Positions 45,302-59,240 of a DNA stretch of 64,000 nt are shown here, in pieces. A program made the translations under genes and the position numbers. The notes under the pieces are model-generated. The model was not told where the DNA came from, ran no database searches, and was given only the letters and a program-made list of their open reading frames with translations. Numbering within the stretch: the first letter of the stretch is position 1; the number at the start of each line of letters is the position of its first letter. The stretch lies in assembly GCF_009914755.1 (NCBI RefSeq), contig NC_060936.1; one strand, written 5' to 3'. Source of the stretch: the human T2T-CHM13v2.0 reference genome, Homo sapiens.

Positions 45302-47336
45302 TATAATGGATTAATTTTGTGTAAACTTGGCTGGGCCACAGAAATAAATTTGTGAGGGGAGCCCCAGCATCCTAGAGGAGCTCTGTGATCACCCTTCCTG
45401 AAAAACAGAATTTACAGTGGAAGCTCCTGTCACTGAATTGGAAAACCTAACTGCAATGGGAGTAATTGGATCCTAGGGTGGCAGGGGCCAAGTAGTGGCA
45501 CTCAATTTTCAAAGAGGAGGTGGGCATGTTACTGTAATGAACAGCAGAGTCAAAACAGCAATCAGAAGAGTCTGACTTGAAGAGACCTGTGGCATTGGCT
45601 AGTTGATTAGGATGTTCCTAGAAGTGAAGTGGATAGAGAAGTCTATTAATCTTACTTGATCTGTATAAACAGAAAAGTTCAAGGTCAACTGAACAAAAAG
45701 TGTAGCTTGACTCATCAAAACAGATAATCATGGCGCCACTGATCAATTCCCAGACTTGAGCCAGTTTACAGACCTAGAACCTTTTGAATGAAGTTGGGGC
45801 CAGGTCCCTTGAGGAAGGACCCTGATACACTGCCAAAAAATTTAAACTTAATCTTTCTCCCAGACTTCCCCAAAGGCACCCTTGGCCCTTTACTAGGGAG
45901 ACTGTGAGTTGGGAAAAAAGGAAATAACCAGACTTTTGAGGGATAACTGGAGACTGGTCTGAACTGACACTAATTCTAGGAAACCCTAAACATCATTGTG
46001 GCCCTCCACTCAGAATAGGAGGTCAGGTGATCAATGCAGTTTTAGTTTAGATCTGTCTCACAGTAGACCCAGTGAGACCCCTAACCTGTACTGTGGTCTT
46101 TTCTCTAGTTCCAGAATGCATAACTGGAAAAGATATCCTGAGCAACTGGCAGAATCCATACATTAGTTCCCTGACTTGTGGAGTGAGGGCATTATGGTGG
46201 GAAAGGCTAAGAAGAAACAACTAGAACTGCCTCTATCTAGAAAAATAGTAAACCAAAAGCAATACCACATTCTTGGAAAGATTAGAGACCAATACCACCA
46301 TCACGGATTGTGCAAGGCTCTCCAGAAAGCTGCACATGCTCTGAATCAGTGTCTAATATATGGTGCTGTTTCTCCCAGAGCCAGGATTCATGGGTCCAAG
46401 ATCAAGGGGTGAATGTCAGAGTGGCATCACTCACTATTTATTACCCCTAGTGACCCACTAGAAAATTTTTTCCTGTCCCTATGACATTATGCTCTGCTAG
46501 CTTGGAGGTCTTAGTTCGAGAGGGAGAAATGCTGCCACAAAGAGACCTAACAATAATTCCACTGAACTGGAAGTTAGCACTGCCACTGGAAACTTTGAGA
46601 TCCTCATGACTCTGGATGAACAAGCAAAGAAGGGAGTTACTATTACTGGGTTGGGGTGGTCAACCATGACTACTAGGGGAAAATGGAACTGCTACTCCAC
46701 AGTGGAGGTAAGGAAGAGTCTGTCTGAAATACAGGAGATCCTTTAGGGTGTTTCTTGGTATTATCATGCCCTGTAATTAAGGTCAATGGAAAATTGCAAT
46801 GACCCAACCCAGGCAGGACTATTATGGGCCAGACCTTTCAGGAATGAAGGTTTGGGTCATCCCACGAGGTAAAGAATTATGACTACCTGGAGTGCTTACT
46901 GAAGGAAAAGGGAACATGGAATGAATAGTGGAAGAAGGTAGCTATAAATACCAGCTATGACCATGAGACCAGTTACAGAAATGAGGACTGTCATAATCAT
47001 GAATATTTCTTCCTTACTTTGTTATGAATATGTGTGTATATAGCAAATATTTCTTTCTTTCCTCTTTTGTCCGCTTATCATGCAACATGTGTCGACTTTT
47101 TATTGTAGTATTTGAGGATTATTAACTTTCCATCATAGGATTTAAGTTACAGATATCACGAAAAAAAGTAAACATCAACCAAGAGCTTTGCATCCTCTTC
47201 TGGGGAAAGGGTTAGTGCGTTTTTGGTTGTATGCAGGATAGTTGTATTTATGTTAGATGGAATTATAACCTTGTTATTGACATTAAGTATGGTTTAAAGA
47301 GAGGCAAATGGTTGCCAAGTTGACACGGGGTGGACT
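45302..47336 (+). mobile_element. HERV-L provirus remnant: ~40-bp 5' LTR stub plus gag/pro, IN end, dUTPase and PPT
   Basis: MLT2-like start 'tataatggattaattttgtgtaaacttggctgggcc'; HERVL-int text; dUTPase-like region ~46480-46760; PPT 'gttgacacggggtggac' before the 3' LTR. Confidence 0.85.
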
Positions 47337-48053
47337 TGTGATGGTTAATTTTATGTGTCAACTTGGCTGGGCAGTAGTGCCCAGGTATTTGGTCAAAGTT
47401 ATTCTGGATATTTCTGTGAAGGTGCTTCTGGATGAGACTAACATTTAAATTGGTGAACTTTGAGTGAAGCAGGTTACCCTTCATTATGTGGGTGGGCCTC
47501 ATCCAATCTGTTGAAAGCCGTATGGAACAAAGACTCATCTTCCCAGAGCCAAAAGAAATTATACCAACAGATGTCCTTTGGATTCAAACTGCAACTCTTC
47601 CCTGGGTCTCCACCCTGCTAGCCTAACCTGCAGATTTTAAACTTGCCAAGCCTCCACAACTGTGTGAGACGACTTCTTAAAGTAAATGATTCTTTCTCTC
47701 CCTATCTCTCTCTCTATCTATCTATCTAGATAGGTATCTATATATCGATATCTATCTAGATAGATATCTATATATCGATATCTATCTAGATAGATATCTA
47801 TATATCGATATCTATATCTATATCTATCTAGATAGATATCTATATATCTATATCTATCTAGATAGATATCTATATATCTATATCTATCTATACAGATATC
47901 TATCTATCTAGATAGATAGATAGATATCTAGATAGATGGACAGATAGATAGATAGATAGATATGTATGTATATACACATACACCTATATATATAGATACA
48001 TATATCTATGTATATGTATTGGTCATTTCTCTGGAGAACTCTAAACTAATACA
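47337..48053 (+). mobile_element. MLT2 (HERV-L) 3' LTR
   Basis: tgtgatggttaattttatgtgtcaacttggctgggc...tctctggagaactctaaactaataca. Confidence 0.9.
47713..48018. repeat. Complex palindromic (TCTA/TAGA/TA) satellite with 30-bp units
   Basis: 47741-47770 equals 47771-47800; repeated palindrome gatatctatctagatagatatc. Confidence 0.95.
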
Positions 48054-48904
48054 ATGATAATCTATTTGAAAAAGCCTTTAATTCTAAGCAAAGCATAAAA
48101 AAATGTGTTGGCTTACTATCCATTCAGTTGAACTCCTGTTCTCATTGGGTTTTAATAGATCAACCAATCTTTTATTTGTAAGCTGATCCAATTTATAAAT
48201 CACCCAGAGCAAATAAAAAGCATCAAAATTTACATTTAACTGTGGTTCTCAATATCATTTTATCATCTTCATAGGCTAATGCTGTTTGACTTACCTTTTA
48301 CAAACAATATTAACAACAGCTTGCATTTTTATAATGCTTTACATTTAGCAAGGATGTTTAGACATTCATTGGCTACGCTTAACATAGTGTGTAGCACATA
48401 GTAGACATTCAATACATGTGTTTAATCTATTATATTGAAATGGTGGATTTAGGTTATATTCTTTTCTTCTTCATTTCTCTTAAACTTGATTTTTTTAAAA
48501 AAGACTTATTAATGTGCTAAGCAGAAGCAATCTAAGAAGAATGTATTGAGGTGATTGCTAAATTTGGTGTTCTTAAGACCAGCTTTGACTATCTCTCCCC
48601 AGCTGGGACCATTTCCAAATTGGTTTTTCTTGACTATGGAGTATTGCTAATCCAATTAGTGAGGGCTGTTCCCAACAGCTGTCCACAATTCCCCTGGGAG
48701 TTAATATTCCTTTACCAGGAACTTAAAAATTCTCCTGGAAAAACTATATATAACAAGCCCACAGTGAAAAGTACCTAAGTTAATTGCTGAATTGAATAAT
48801 TTGGGGTATACTCAGGAAATTAAAGCAAAAAAAGAAAGAAATCTAGATTAAAACATTTTTTCATTAAGTGTTTGACAAACAGATATGTGACTGATATACA
48901 ATTG

Positions 48905-49033
48905 TTTTTGTTTGCTTTAAGCAAGGGGATCTTGCTATTTTAGGGCGGTCCCAAACTCCTGAGCTCAAGCAATCCTCATGCTTCAGTCTCTTGAGTAGCT
49001 GGGATTACAGGAGTGTGCCATTGTGCCCAGCCT
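48905..49033 (-). mobile_element. FLAM/Alu monomer fragment
   Basis: 'aactcctgagctcaagcaatcctc...gggattacaggagtgtgccattgtgcccagcc'. Confidence 0.8.
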
Positions 49034-49202
49034 GATATATACATTTTCAAGGCTTGGATCAATTAGGTCTTTGTATTTCATCATAAAATACCTGGCCGTA
49101 TTGTCACAAGTGTGTGAAAACCAAGAACTAAGATCACACTATTATGCTACAAAATGGGAACATGAAACAGCTACATTTGCTTCATTATAAAAGTTTACTC
49201 CA

Positions 49203-49500
<298 letters not shown>

Positions 49501-49599
49501 GTTTACTCCAGAAATTAAATAGTTGATATCAATGATTGTGATGCATTATTTGACTCACTAGTCAAAAAAATTTACATCTCTATTCAGATGCATTTGTGT

Positions 49600-50000
49600 G
49601 TGTATTACTTTGCTTGGACTTCCATAACAGAATACCAGACTATACCAGAATGGGTTGCTTAATCAACAGACCCTTATATTCTCACAGTTCTGGAGGCTAG
49701 AATTCAAGATCAAGGTGGTGATAAAATTAGTTTCTGGTAAGGCCTTTCTTCCTGGCTTGCAGACTATTGCCTATTATTCTCCCTGTGTCCTCACATAGCC
49801 TTTCTCTGTGTCTGCCTAGAGAGCTCTCTGGTGTCCCTCCCTCTGCTTATGAGGACATCAGTCCTATGAGATTAGGGACCCACCCTGGTGACCTCATTTA
49901 ACCTTAATAACCTTCTAAAGTTCCTTTTTCCAAATACTATCACACTGTAGGCTAGGGCTTCAACACATGAATTTTAGGGAGACACAGTTAAGCCCATGAC
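49600..50000 (-). mobile_element. MLT1A/MST-type MaLR LTR
   Basis: 'ttctcacagttctggaggctag...gacctcatttaaccttaat...gggcttcaacacatgaattt'. Confidence 0.85.
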
Positions 50001-50142
50001 AATGTTTAGTAATGTCAGTTGGGCCACACTTTTAAAAATAACTTAAATATATCTTAAACTAAGGAAGCATGTTTTGCAAATTTTTTTATACTCCTAGTGC
50101 CCACAGCAAAAGTAGAGACTATAAAATACTGGCTATCACTAC

Positions 50143-50357
<215 letters not shown>

Positions 50358-50388
50358 TAAGTATTATTAAATTGCCTTTTCAGTTTAT

Positions 50389-50705
50389 CTTATTATTTTT
50401 ATTTTATTTATTTCTTTTTTTGAGATGGAGTCTCACTGTGTCACCCAGGCTTGAGTGCAGTGGCACAGTCTCAGCTCACTTCAACCTCTGACTCCTGGGT
50501 TCAAGCAATTCTACCCACTCAGCCTCCTGAGTTGCTGGGATTACAGGTGCCCACCACCATGCCTGGCTAATTTTTTGTATTTTTTAGTAGAGACAGGGTT
50601 TCATCATGTTAGCCAGGCTAGTCATAAACTCCTGACCTCAGGTGATCCACCCACCTCGGCCTCCCAGAGTGCTAGGATTACAAGCGTGAGCCACTGCACC
50701 CGGCC
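50389..50705 (-). mobile_element. AluS
   Basis: Reverse full Alu. Confidence 0.95.
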
Positions 50706-50994
50706 TTATTATATCTAAAATTATTATTGTTTTTTTTAAAACATGGGGTCCTGCTTTGTCACCCAGGCTAGAGGGCAGTGGCGCCATCATAGCTCACTGC
50801 AGCCTTGAACTCCTGGGCCCAAGGAATCCTCCCGGCTCAGCCTTCCTAGTAGCTGAGATTACAGGCATGTGCTACCATGCCCTACTAAGCTTTTCATTTT
50901 TAGTAGAGACGGGGTCTCACTATAATGCCTAGTCTGGTCTCAAACTCCTGGCATCAAGCGATCCTTGTGCCTCAGCCTCCCAAAGTGCTAGGAT

Positions 50995-52424
50995 TTAGAG
51001 GTGACAGCCTGCTGGCAGTCCTCACAGCCCTCGCTCACTCTCAGCACTTCCTCTGCCTGGGCTCCCACTTTGGCGGCACTTGAGGAGCCCTTCAGCCCAC
51101 CGCTGCACTGTGGGAGCCCCTTTCTGGGCTGGCCAAGGCCAGAGCCCACTCCCTCACCTTGCAGGGAGGTGTGGAGGGAGAGGCGCGGGCGGGAACAGAG
51201 GCTGTGCGTGGCACTTGCGGGCCAGCTGGAGTTCCGGGTGGGCGTGGGCTTGGCGGGCCCTGCACTCGGAGCACTCGGCCGGCCCTGCCAGCCCCGGCAA
51301 TGAAGGGCTTAGCACCCAGGCCAGCTGCCGAGGAGGGTGTACTGGGTCCCCCAGCAGTGCCAGCCCAACGGCGCTGCACTGGATTTCTCACCGGGCCTTA
51401 GCTGCCTTCCTGTGGGACAGGGCTCGGGACCTGCAGCCTGCCATGCCTAAGCCTCCCACCTCCTCCGTGGTCTCCTGTGGGGCCCCAGCCTCCTCGACGA
51501 GCGCCACCCCCTGCTCCAGGGCACCCAGTCCCATCGACCACCCAAGGACTGAGGAGTGCGGGTGCACGGCGCGGGACTGGCAGGTAGCTCCATCTGTAGA
51601 CCGAGTGCGGGATCCACTGGGTGAAGCCAGCTGGGCTCCTGAGTCTGGTGGGGACGTGGAGAACCTTTGTGTCTAGCTCAGGGATTGTAAATACACCAAT
51701 AGGCACTCTGTATCTAGCTCAAGGTTTGTAAACACACCAATCAGCACCCTGTGTCTAGCTCAGGGTTTGTGAATGCACCAATTGACACACTGTATCTAGC
51801 TACTCTGGTGGGGCCTTGGAGAACCTTTGTGTGGACACTCTGTATCTAGCTAATCTGGTGGGGACGTGGAGAACCTTTGTGTCTAGCTCAGGGATTGTAA
51901 ATGCACCAATCAGCGCCCTGTCAAAACAGACCACTGGGCTCCACCAATCAGCAGGATGTGGGTGGGGCCAGATAAGAGAATAAAAGCAGGCTGCCCAAGC
52001 CAGCAGTGGCAACCCGCTGGGGTCCTCTTCCACGCTGTGGAAGCTTTGTTCTTTCGCTCTTTGCAATAAATCTTGCTACTGCTCACTCTTTGGGTCCACA
52101 CTGCCTTTATGAGCTGTAACACTCACTGCGAAGGTCTGCAGCTTCACTCCTGAAGCCAGCGAGACCACGAGCCCACCGGGAGGAATGAACAACTCCAGAC
52201 GCGCCGCCTTAAGAGCTGTAACACTCACCTCGAAGGTCTGCAGCTTCACTCCTGAGCCAGCGAGACCACGAACCCACCAGAAGGAAGAAACTCCGAACAC
52301 ATCTGAACATCAGAAGGAACAAACTCCGGACACGCCACCTTTAAGAACTGTAACACTCACCACGAGGGTCCGGGGCTTCATTCTTGAAGTCAGTGAGACC
52401 AAGAACCCACCAATTCCGGCCACA
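50995..52424 (+). mobile_element. LTR12C (ERV9) solo LTR
   Basis: Starts (tt)agaggtgacagcctgctggcagtcctcacagccc, GC/CpG-rich U3, tandem CCAAT repeats, ends caccaattccggccaca; 4-bp TSD GGAT. Confidence 0.95.
51640..52075 (+). promoter_or_regulatory. LTR12C U3 enhancer/promoter (CCAAT/NF-Y repeats, TATA-like AATAAAAG ~51979, polyA signal AATAAA ~52066)
   Basis: Repeated 'caccaatcagc...tgtatctagct' units; established ERV9 LTR architecture. Confidence 0.8.
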
Positions 52425-52595
52425 GGATTACAGACGTGAGACATCACACCCTACCTAAATTGCCTTTTGAAAATCATGAAAACATAGTAGAGACAGGAAG
52501 CAAAGCTCTATAGCCTTAATCCTACCACAGTGTTATACAACTACTCTCATTTATTTCACTCCTCTCCAATCTTTTCCACCGATAAAAATCACAGG

Positions 52596-53021
<426 letters not shown>

Positions 53022-53673
53022 TCAATGTTTAATTTTGATGAACAGAACAACTTCCATTTACTGATTTTCACAAAATAGCAATGACTTTGTTTGATATAAT
53101 CAACTCATATTATCATGCCTATTGCCAGCCAAAACTCCATTTTTCTGTATGAGATGTCTCTCAACACACAGTATTTTCTTTGAGCCTTAAAAAAGCCAAC
53201 AGAATTATCTGAAAATGAAATTGACTTGATTATGTATAGAGTCATCCATATACAGCAACTAATGCTAAATGGCTTTTTTCTCAGCTGACCCTATGCTGGC
53301 TCAATCGTCATTCTTTTTTGAATTTGTCCATAATAGATTTGGTTGAATGAAATTGAGAAGCTTAAGTTTTGTGAGAGCTGGGATTATGGATGCATTTATA
53401 GCACAGACACTGAAAAAAACTTGGTGAAAATGAAAAGTGGGAAGTTTCTCTCTTGAAAAATCTTCCTTCATCTCCACTTTGAATATTATCAAGATTTTCC
53501 ATACGTGTAATTTGCTTGGGTCTATGTAATTAGTTATGAATGATTTATCATAAAGTAGAGATTGGTAGGAGGTCATGTTTGTACTTAGCTTCATAGGCAG
53601 AAATTTAAGTCTTGAATTTGGACTTGTTAAAGAATGTGCTGGTATGAAATGAAAATTAAAGAAGGTTCTAGAA

Positions 53674-53905
53674 AAATGGTTCATTGACAGAAGGAATTTT
53701 TCCCACTGGATCACCTTTAGCAAAGCCTGGAGAAATTTTTGGTCATCACGCCTGGCAGATAGGGTCAGGTGGGTGTAGTAATTTTTCGCATCTAATGAAG
53801 GAAGGCCGGGGATGCTGCTAAGCATCCTACGTTGCACTGGACAACCTTCACAACAGAGAATGATCTGGCCCAAAATGTCAATAGTGCCAAGATAAAAAAT
53901 CCTTG
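53674..53905 (+). mobile_element. MER20 hAT MITE
   Basis: 'ggccggggatgctgctaagcatcctac...acagagaatgatctggcccaaaatgtcaatagtgccaag'. Confidence 0.9.
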
Positions 53906-54707
53906 GTCAAGAGTAACATTCCTGAGAGGAAAATCATCTTGTTTCTTTTCAAAAATGTTTCTCTCCAGTGGACTACGAAGACATTTGGATAAATTTGTCT
54001 TTCTTATGCGTTTGAATCTTAATTTTTTTATTTTCCATAAGAACCACCTAAAGAATAAAGTTCCCATATGCTGAAACCTGCAACAAATGTATAACCTAAC
54101 ACACCTATAATGATTTAATATTTTAACATTTGTTCTCTAGGAATTAGAACAGGCTCATTTTATCACCAAAAGGAGACAAAACTCTCTCTATTCATAACCA
54201 TGGAAAATTGGTGATCTTTACACCAGAAGAGAAATGAAAAATCTAACCTGCATAAAGCCTGTTCATTGCTAACCCCCATGCCTAGACAGTGCCTGACACA
54301 TGTAAGCATTCAGTAAAAATACGCAGACTCACTCTCTTTTTTCTTTTTTTCATTCAGCCATCCGATACCATACATTATATAGGATGCTTGGGTGTGTTAG
54401 TATTCTGGAGATTGTCAAAGTGACTTAGACTTCTCACAAACCATATCATGAGCATGAGGGGTAGGAAATTATCCTCTGCTCTCTGCATTAGTAGTCTGAG
54501 AAAATATGAAAGGAGGCCATGACCCAGTGAGCTGTTGTAAAGTAGAAGGGGGACCTTCTAGAGTTGCATATGTGCTATTATTGACTGTAAAACTATTTTA
54601 GTTTAAAAAATAATTAATGTAATTATTTTATTGAGTTATATTATGAGTTAACAATTCCTAGACTTAACAAAGTTGTAACATATGAAATTGGATTTCAGGG
54701 AGCCAAA

Positions 54708-54762
54708 TTTTTGCCATTGAAAGTAATGGCAAACACTGCAATTATTTTTGTGCCAACTTGAT
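54708..54762 (+). mobile_element. MADE1 mariner MITE, one TIR truncated
   Basis: tttttgccattgaaagtaatggcaaacactgcaattatttttgtgccaact matches the MADE1 centre and right TIR. Confidence 0.85.
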
Positions 54763-56882
54763 ATATAGGCTTTTCTGCAACGAGGAATCAAGCCATATCT
54801 TGAATGTGGAGGCAAGAGGTAGAAGAAACATCTCTGATGCAGCTTTGTCCTGAGGGGAGGAATTCCTTTTGACATTTTTCAGAATGACTTAAATTGATTA
54901 AAATCATGGACACAACTCCTCTGCCACCTCCTCATGACAATTGGGTAATGAGGGCCAGAAGATACTGGCTTATGTTTTGTTTTCCTGTCAAAGCACTCAG
55001 TGTACTCTGCCACAGGATTTATTGTGTTTGGGAAATATTTGGACTCTGGGCCTTAGGTGAGATTCAGAGCTGTGCTGGCTTCAGGTGTGACCCAGTGCAT
55101 TTCTGGCTGTGACAGCTGTGGGGACAGACTCCTTCTGCTTGAGGACAGGGGAGTGAAGAGTAGGAAGGACTTTGTCTTGTGGCTTCAGTGCCAGCTCAGC
55201 CAATGTAGAAAAGAGCATCAAGTTAAATTCTTAAGGTTCCTGTCTCCAGGCCCTGGCTCCAGGAAGGCATCTGTGGACCTACCTGGGTCCAGGAAAAGCT
55301 CACCACCCTGAAGGGAGACAGGCTCAGTTTGTTTGGGGCAAAGTAAGGGAAGAAAACAAGAGTCTCTGCCTGGTAATCCAGGGAATTCTCTTGGATCTTA
55401 CCCAAGGCCCCCAAGGCCACCAAGGCAGTACCTTCATGACTGTGCAACAGCCACAGTGTTGCTGGGTTTGGGGTACTCCCTAATGCAGTAAGGCTGCAGT
55501 GACAAAAGACATAGATCACAACACCTAGGTCCCTCTGAATACTTGGAAAGCCTTCCCAAGAAGGATTGATGCAAATGTGCCCAAACTGCAACTATTACAA
55601 TAAATACCTGATGCTTAAACATCCAGATACCAAAGAACATCCACAAGCATCAAGACCACCCAGGAAAACATAACCTCACTAAACGAACTAAATAAGGCAC
55701 CAGTGACCAATCCAAGGTAACACAGAGAAGGAATTTAGAATACTATCAGATACATTTAACAAAGAGATCGAAATAATTAAAGAATCAAGCAGAAATTCTG
55801 GAGCTGAAAAATGTAGTTGACATACTGAAGAATGCATCAGAGTCTCTTAACATGAGAGTTGATCCAGCAGAAGAAAGAACTAGAGAGCTTGAAGACAGTT
55901 TATTTGGAAATACACAGAGAAGACAAAAGATAAAAGAAGAAAAAAAGAATGAAGCATGCCTACAAGATCTCAAAAGAGCAAATGTAAGAGTCATTGGCCT
56001 TAAAGAGGAGGTAGAGAGAGATCAGGTAGAAAGTTTACTCAAAGGGATAATAACAGAGAAATTCCCAAACCTAAAGAAAGATACCAATATCCAAGTATAA
56101 GGAGGTTATAGAACACCAAGTAGCTTTAGCCCAAAGAAGATTATCTCAAGACATATAATAATCAAACTCCCAAAGGTCAAAGATAAAGGATCCTAAAAGC
56201 AGCAAGAGAAAAGAAACAAACAACATACAATGGAGTTCCAATACATCTGGTAGCAGGCTTTTCAGTGAAAACCTTACAGGCCAGGAAAGAGTGGCATGAC
56301 ATATTTCAAGTGCTGAAGAAAAAAATCTTTTACCCTAGAATAGAATATCTGGCAAAAATATTCTTCAAGCACAAAGGAGAAATAAAGACCTTCCCAGACA
56401 AACAAAAGCTGAGGGATTTCATCAACACCAGACCTGTCCTATAAAAATGCTAAAGGCAGTTCTTCAATCTGAGAGAAAAGGATGTTAATGAGCAAGAAGA
56501 AATCATCTGAAGGTACTGAAAGCTCACTGGTAATAAGTACACAAACACAGAATATTACAACACTGTAATTGTAGTGTGTAAACTACACTTAAGTAGAAAG
56601 ACTAAATGATGAACCAATCACAAATAATAACTCCAACAATTTTTCAAGACATAGCCAATACAATAATACATAAAAAGAAAAAGTTAAAAAGTGGCAAGAT
56701 GAAGTTAAAGTGTAGAGTTTTTATTAGTTTTCTTTTTGTGTGTTTTTTTTTGTTTATGCAATCAGTGTTAAGTTGTCATGGGTTTAAAATAATGGGTTAT
56801 AAGATAGCATTTGCAAGCCTCACATTAACTGCAAATTGAAAAACATACAATGGATACCTTAAAAATAAAAAGCAAGAAATTA

Positions 56883-57208
<326 letters not shown>

Positions 57209-58170
57209 TTAAATCATACAACCAGAGAAAACCACCTTCACTAAAAGGAAGACAGGAAGGAAGGAAGGAAGAGAAGACCACAAAACAACCAGAAACTAAA
57301 TAACAAAATGGCAGAGGGAAGTCATTACTTATCAATAATAACATTGAATGTAAATGGACTATGCTCTCTAATCAAAAGTTATAGAGTGACTGAATGGGTG
57401 AAAAAACAAGACCTCATGATCTGTTGCCTACAATAAACACACTTCACCTATAAAGATACACATAAACTGAAAATAAAGGGATGGAAAAAGATATTTCATG
57501 CTAATGGAAACCAAAAAATAACACTTATAGCTATATTTATACCAGACAAAATAGATTTCAAGACAAAAACTATGAGAAGAGACAAAGAATGTCATTATAT
57601 AATGATAAAGATGTTGAACCAGCAATAGGATATAATAATTGTAAATATATATGCACCCAACACTGGAGCCCCCCAGATATATAAAGCAAATATTATTAGA
57701 GCTAAAGAGAAATATAGCCCTCAATACAATAATAGCAGAGGCTTCAACACCCCACCTTCAGCATTGGACAGACCTCTCAGACAGAAACTCAATAAAGAAA
57801 CATTGAACTTAATCTGCACTGTAGATCAAATAGTCCTAATAGATATTTACAGAACACTTCATCCAACAGCTACAGAATACACATTCTTCTCCTCAGAACA
57901 TGGATCATTCTCAAGGATAGACCATATATTAGGTCACAAAACAGGTCTTAAAACATTTTAAAAAATGGAAATAATATCAAGCATCTTCTCTGGCCACAAT
58001 GGAGTAAAAGTAGAAATCAACAACAAGACCAATTTTGGAAACTATACAAACACATAGAAATTAAACAATATGCTCCTGAATGACCAGTGGGTCAATGAAG
58101 AAATTGAAAATTTACATGAAACAAATGAAAATGGAAACACAGCATACCGAAACCTATGGGATACAGTGAA

Positions 58171-58258
58171 AGCTGGACTGAGAGAAATTTATTCTTGGTA
58201 GGTTGTACATTCCTAAACATGTACAACGTACTAAGAATAAATTTCTCTCAGTCCAGCT
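58171..58258. repeat. 40-bp-arm inverted repeat (38/40) with 8-nt loop
   Basis: 58171-58210 vs reverse complement of 58219-58258. Confidence 0.95.
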
Positions 58259-59027
58259 GAGAGAACTGGTTCAATCCAGTAGATTGAGCCATGAACAAAT
58301 TCAAAACCTGCATAGACCAATAACAAGTAATGAGGCCAAAGCCACATTAAAAACTCTCCCAGCAAAGAAAAGCTCATTATTTGATGGCTTCACTGCTGAA
58401 TTTTACCAGACATCTAAAGAAGAACAAATACTAATCCTACTCAAAGTATTCCAAAAAATAGAGGAGGAAGGAATACTTCCAAACTCATTTTATAATACCA
58501 GTATTACCCTGATACCAAAACCAGATAAAGACACATCAAAGGAATAAAAGGAAAGTAGGAAAACTATATGCCAATATCCCTGATGAACACTGAGGCAAAA
58601 ATCCCCAACAAAATACTAGCAAACTGAAATCAAGAACACATTAAAAAGATCATTCACCATGATCACATGGAATTTATCCAAGAGAGGCAAGGATGGCTCA
58701 ACATGTGCAAATCAGTCAATATGATACATCATACCAACAGAATGAAGGACAAAAACCATATGATCATTTCAGTTAATGCTGAAAAAAGCATTTGATAAAA
58801 TTCAACATCCCTTTGTGATAAAAACACTCAAAAAACTGGGTATAGAAGGAACATACCTCAACACAATAAAGGCTGTATATGAGACCCACAGCTAGTATCA
58901 TACTGAATGGGGAAAAACGAAAAGCCTTTCCTCTAAGATCTGGAACACAACAAGGATGACCACTGTCACCAATGTTATTCAACATAGTACTGAAAGTCCT
59001 AACTAGAGTAATCAGACAAGAGAAATA

Positions 59028-59154
59028 GGCCAGGTGCATTGGCTCTTGCCTGTAATCCTAGCACTTTGGGAGGTCAAGGTGGGAGCATTGCTTGACCTCA
59101 GCAGTTTGAGACCAGTGTGCAGTGTGGGCAACATAGTGGGATCCTGTCTCAAAA

Positions 59155-59193
<39 letters not shown>

Positions 59194-59240
59194 AGGAGAG
59201 AGAGAGAGAGGAGGAGAGGGAGAGGGAGAAAGAGAGAAAA
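59028..59240 (+). mobile_element. FLAM-like Alu monomer with (aaat)n/(GA)n tail inside L1 ORF2
   Basis: ggccaggtgcattggctcttgcctgtaatcc...; L1 resumes afterwards. Confidence 0.85.

Larger units (their letters stand above)
50728..52452 (-). mobile_element. AluJ split by LTR12C (pieces 50728-50994 and 52425-52452)
   Basis: ...caaagtgctaggat | LTR | ggattacagacgtgagacatc. Confidence 0.9.

Noticed and set aside
51001-52439. Overlapping ORFs up to 198 aa
   Set aside because: They lie entirely in GC-rich LTR12C, where stop-poor frames are expected; no protein motif recognised
53301-53873. 190-aa minus-strand ORF
   Set aside because: Starts within MER20 and shows no recognisable domain; probably a chance ORF
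54708-54762. miR-548-type precursor from MADE1
   Set aside because: One TIR is mostly missing, so only a short hairpin remains
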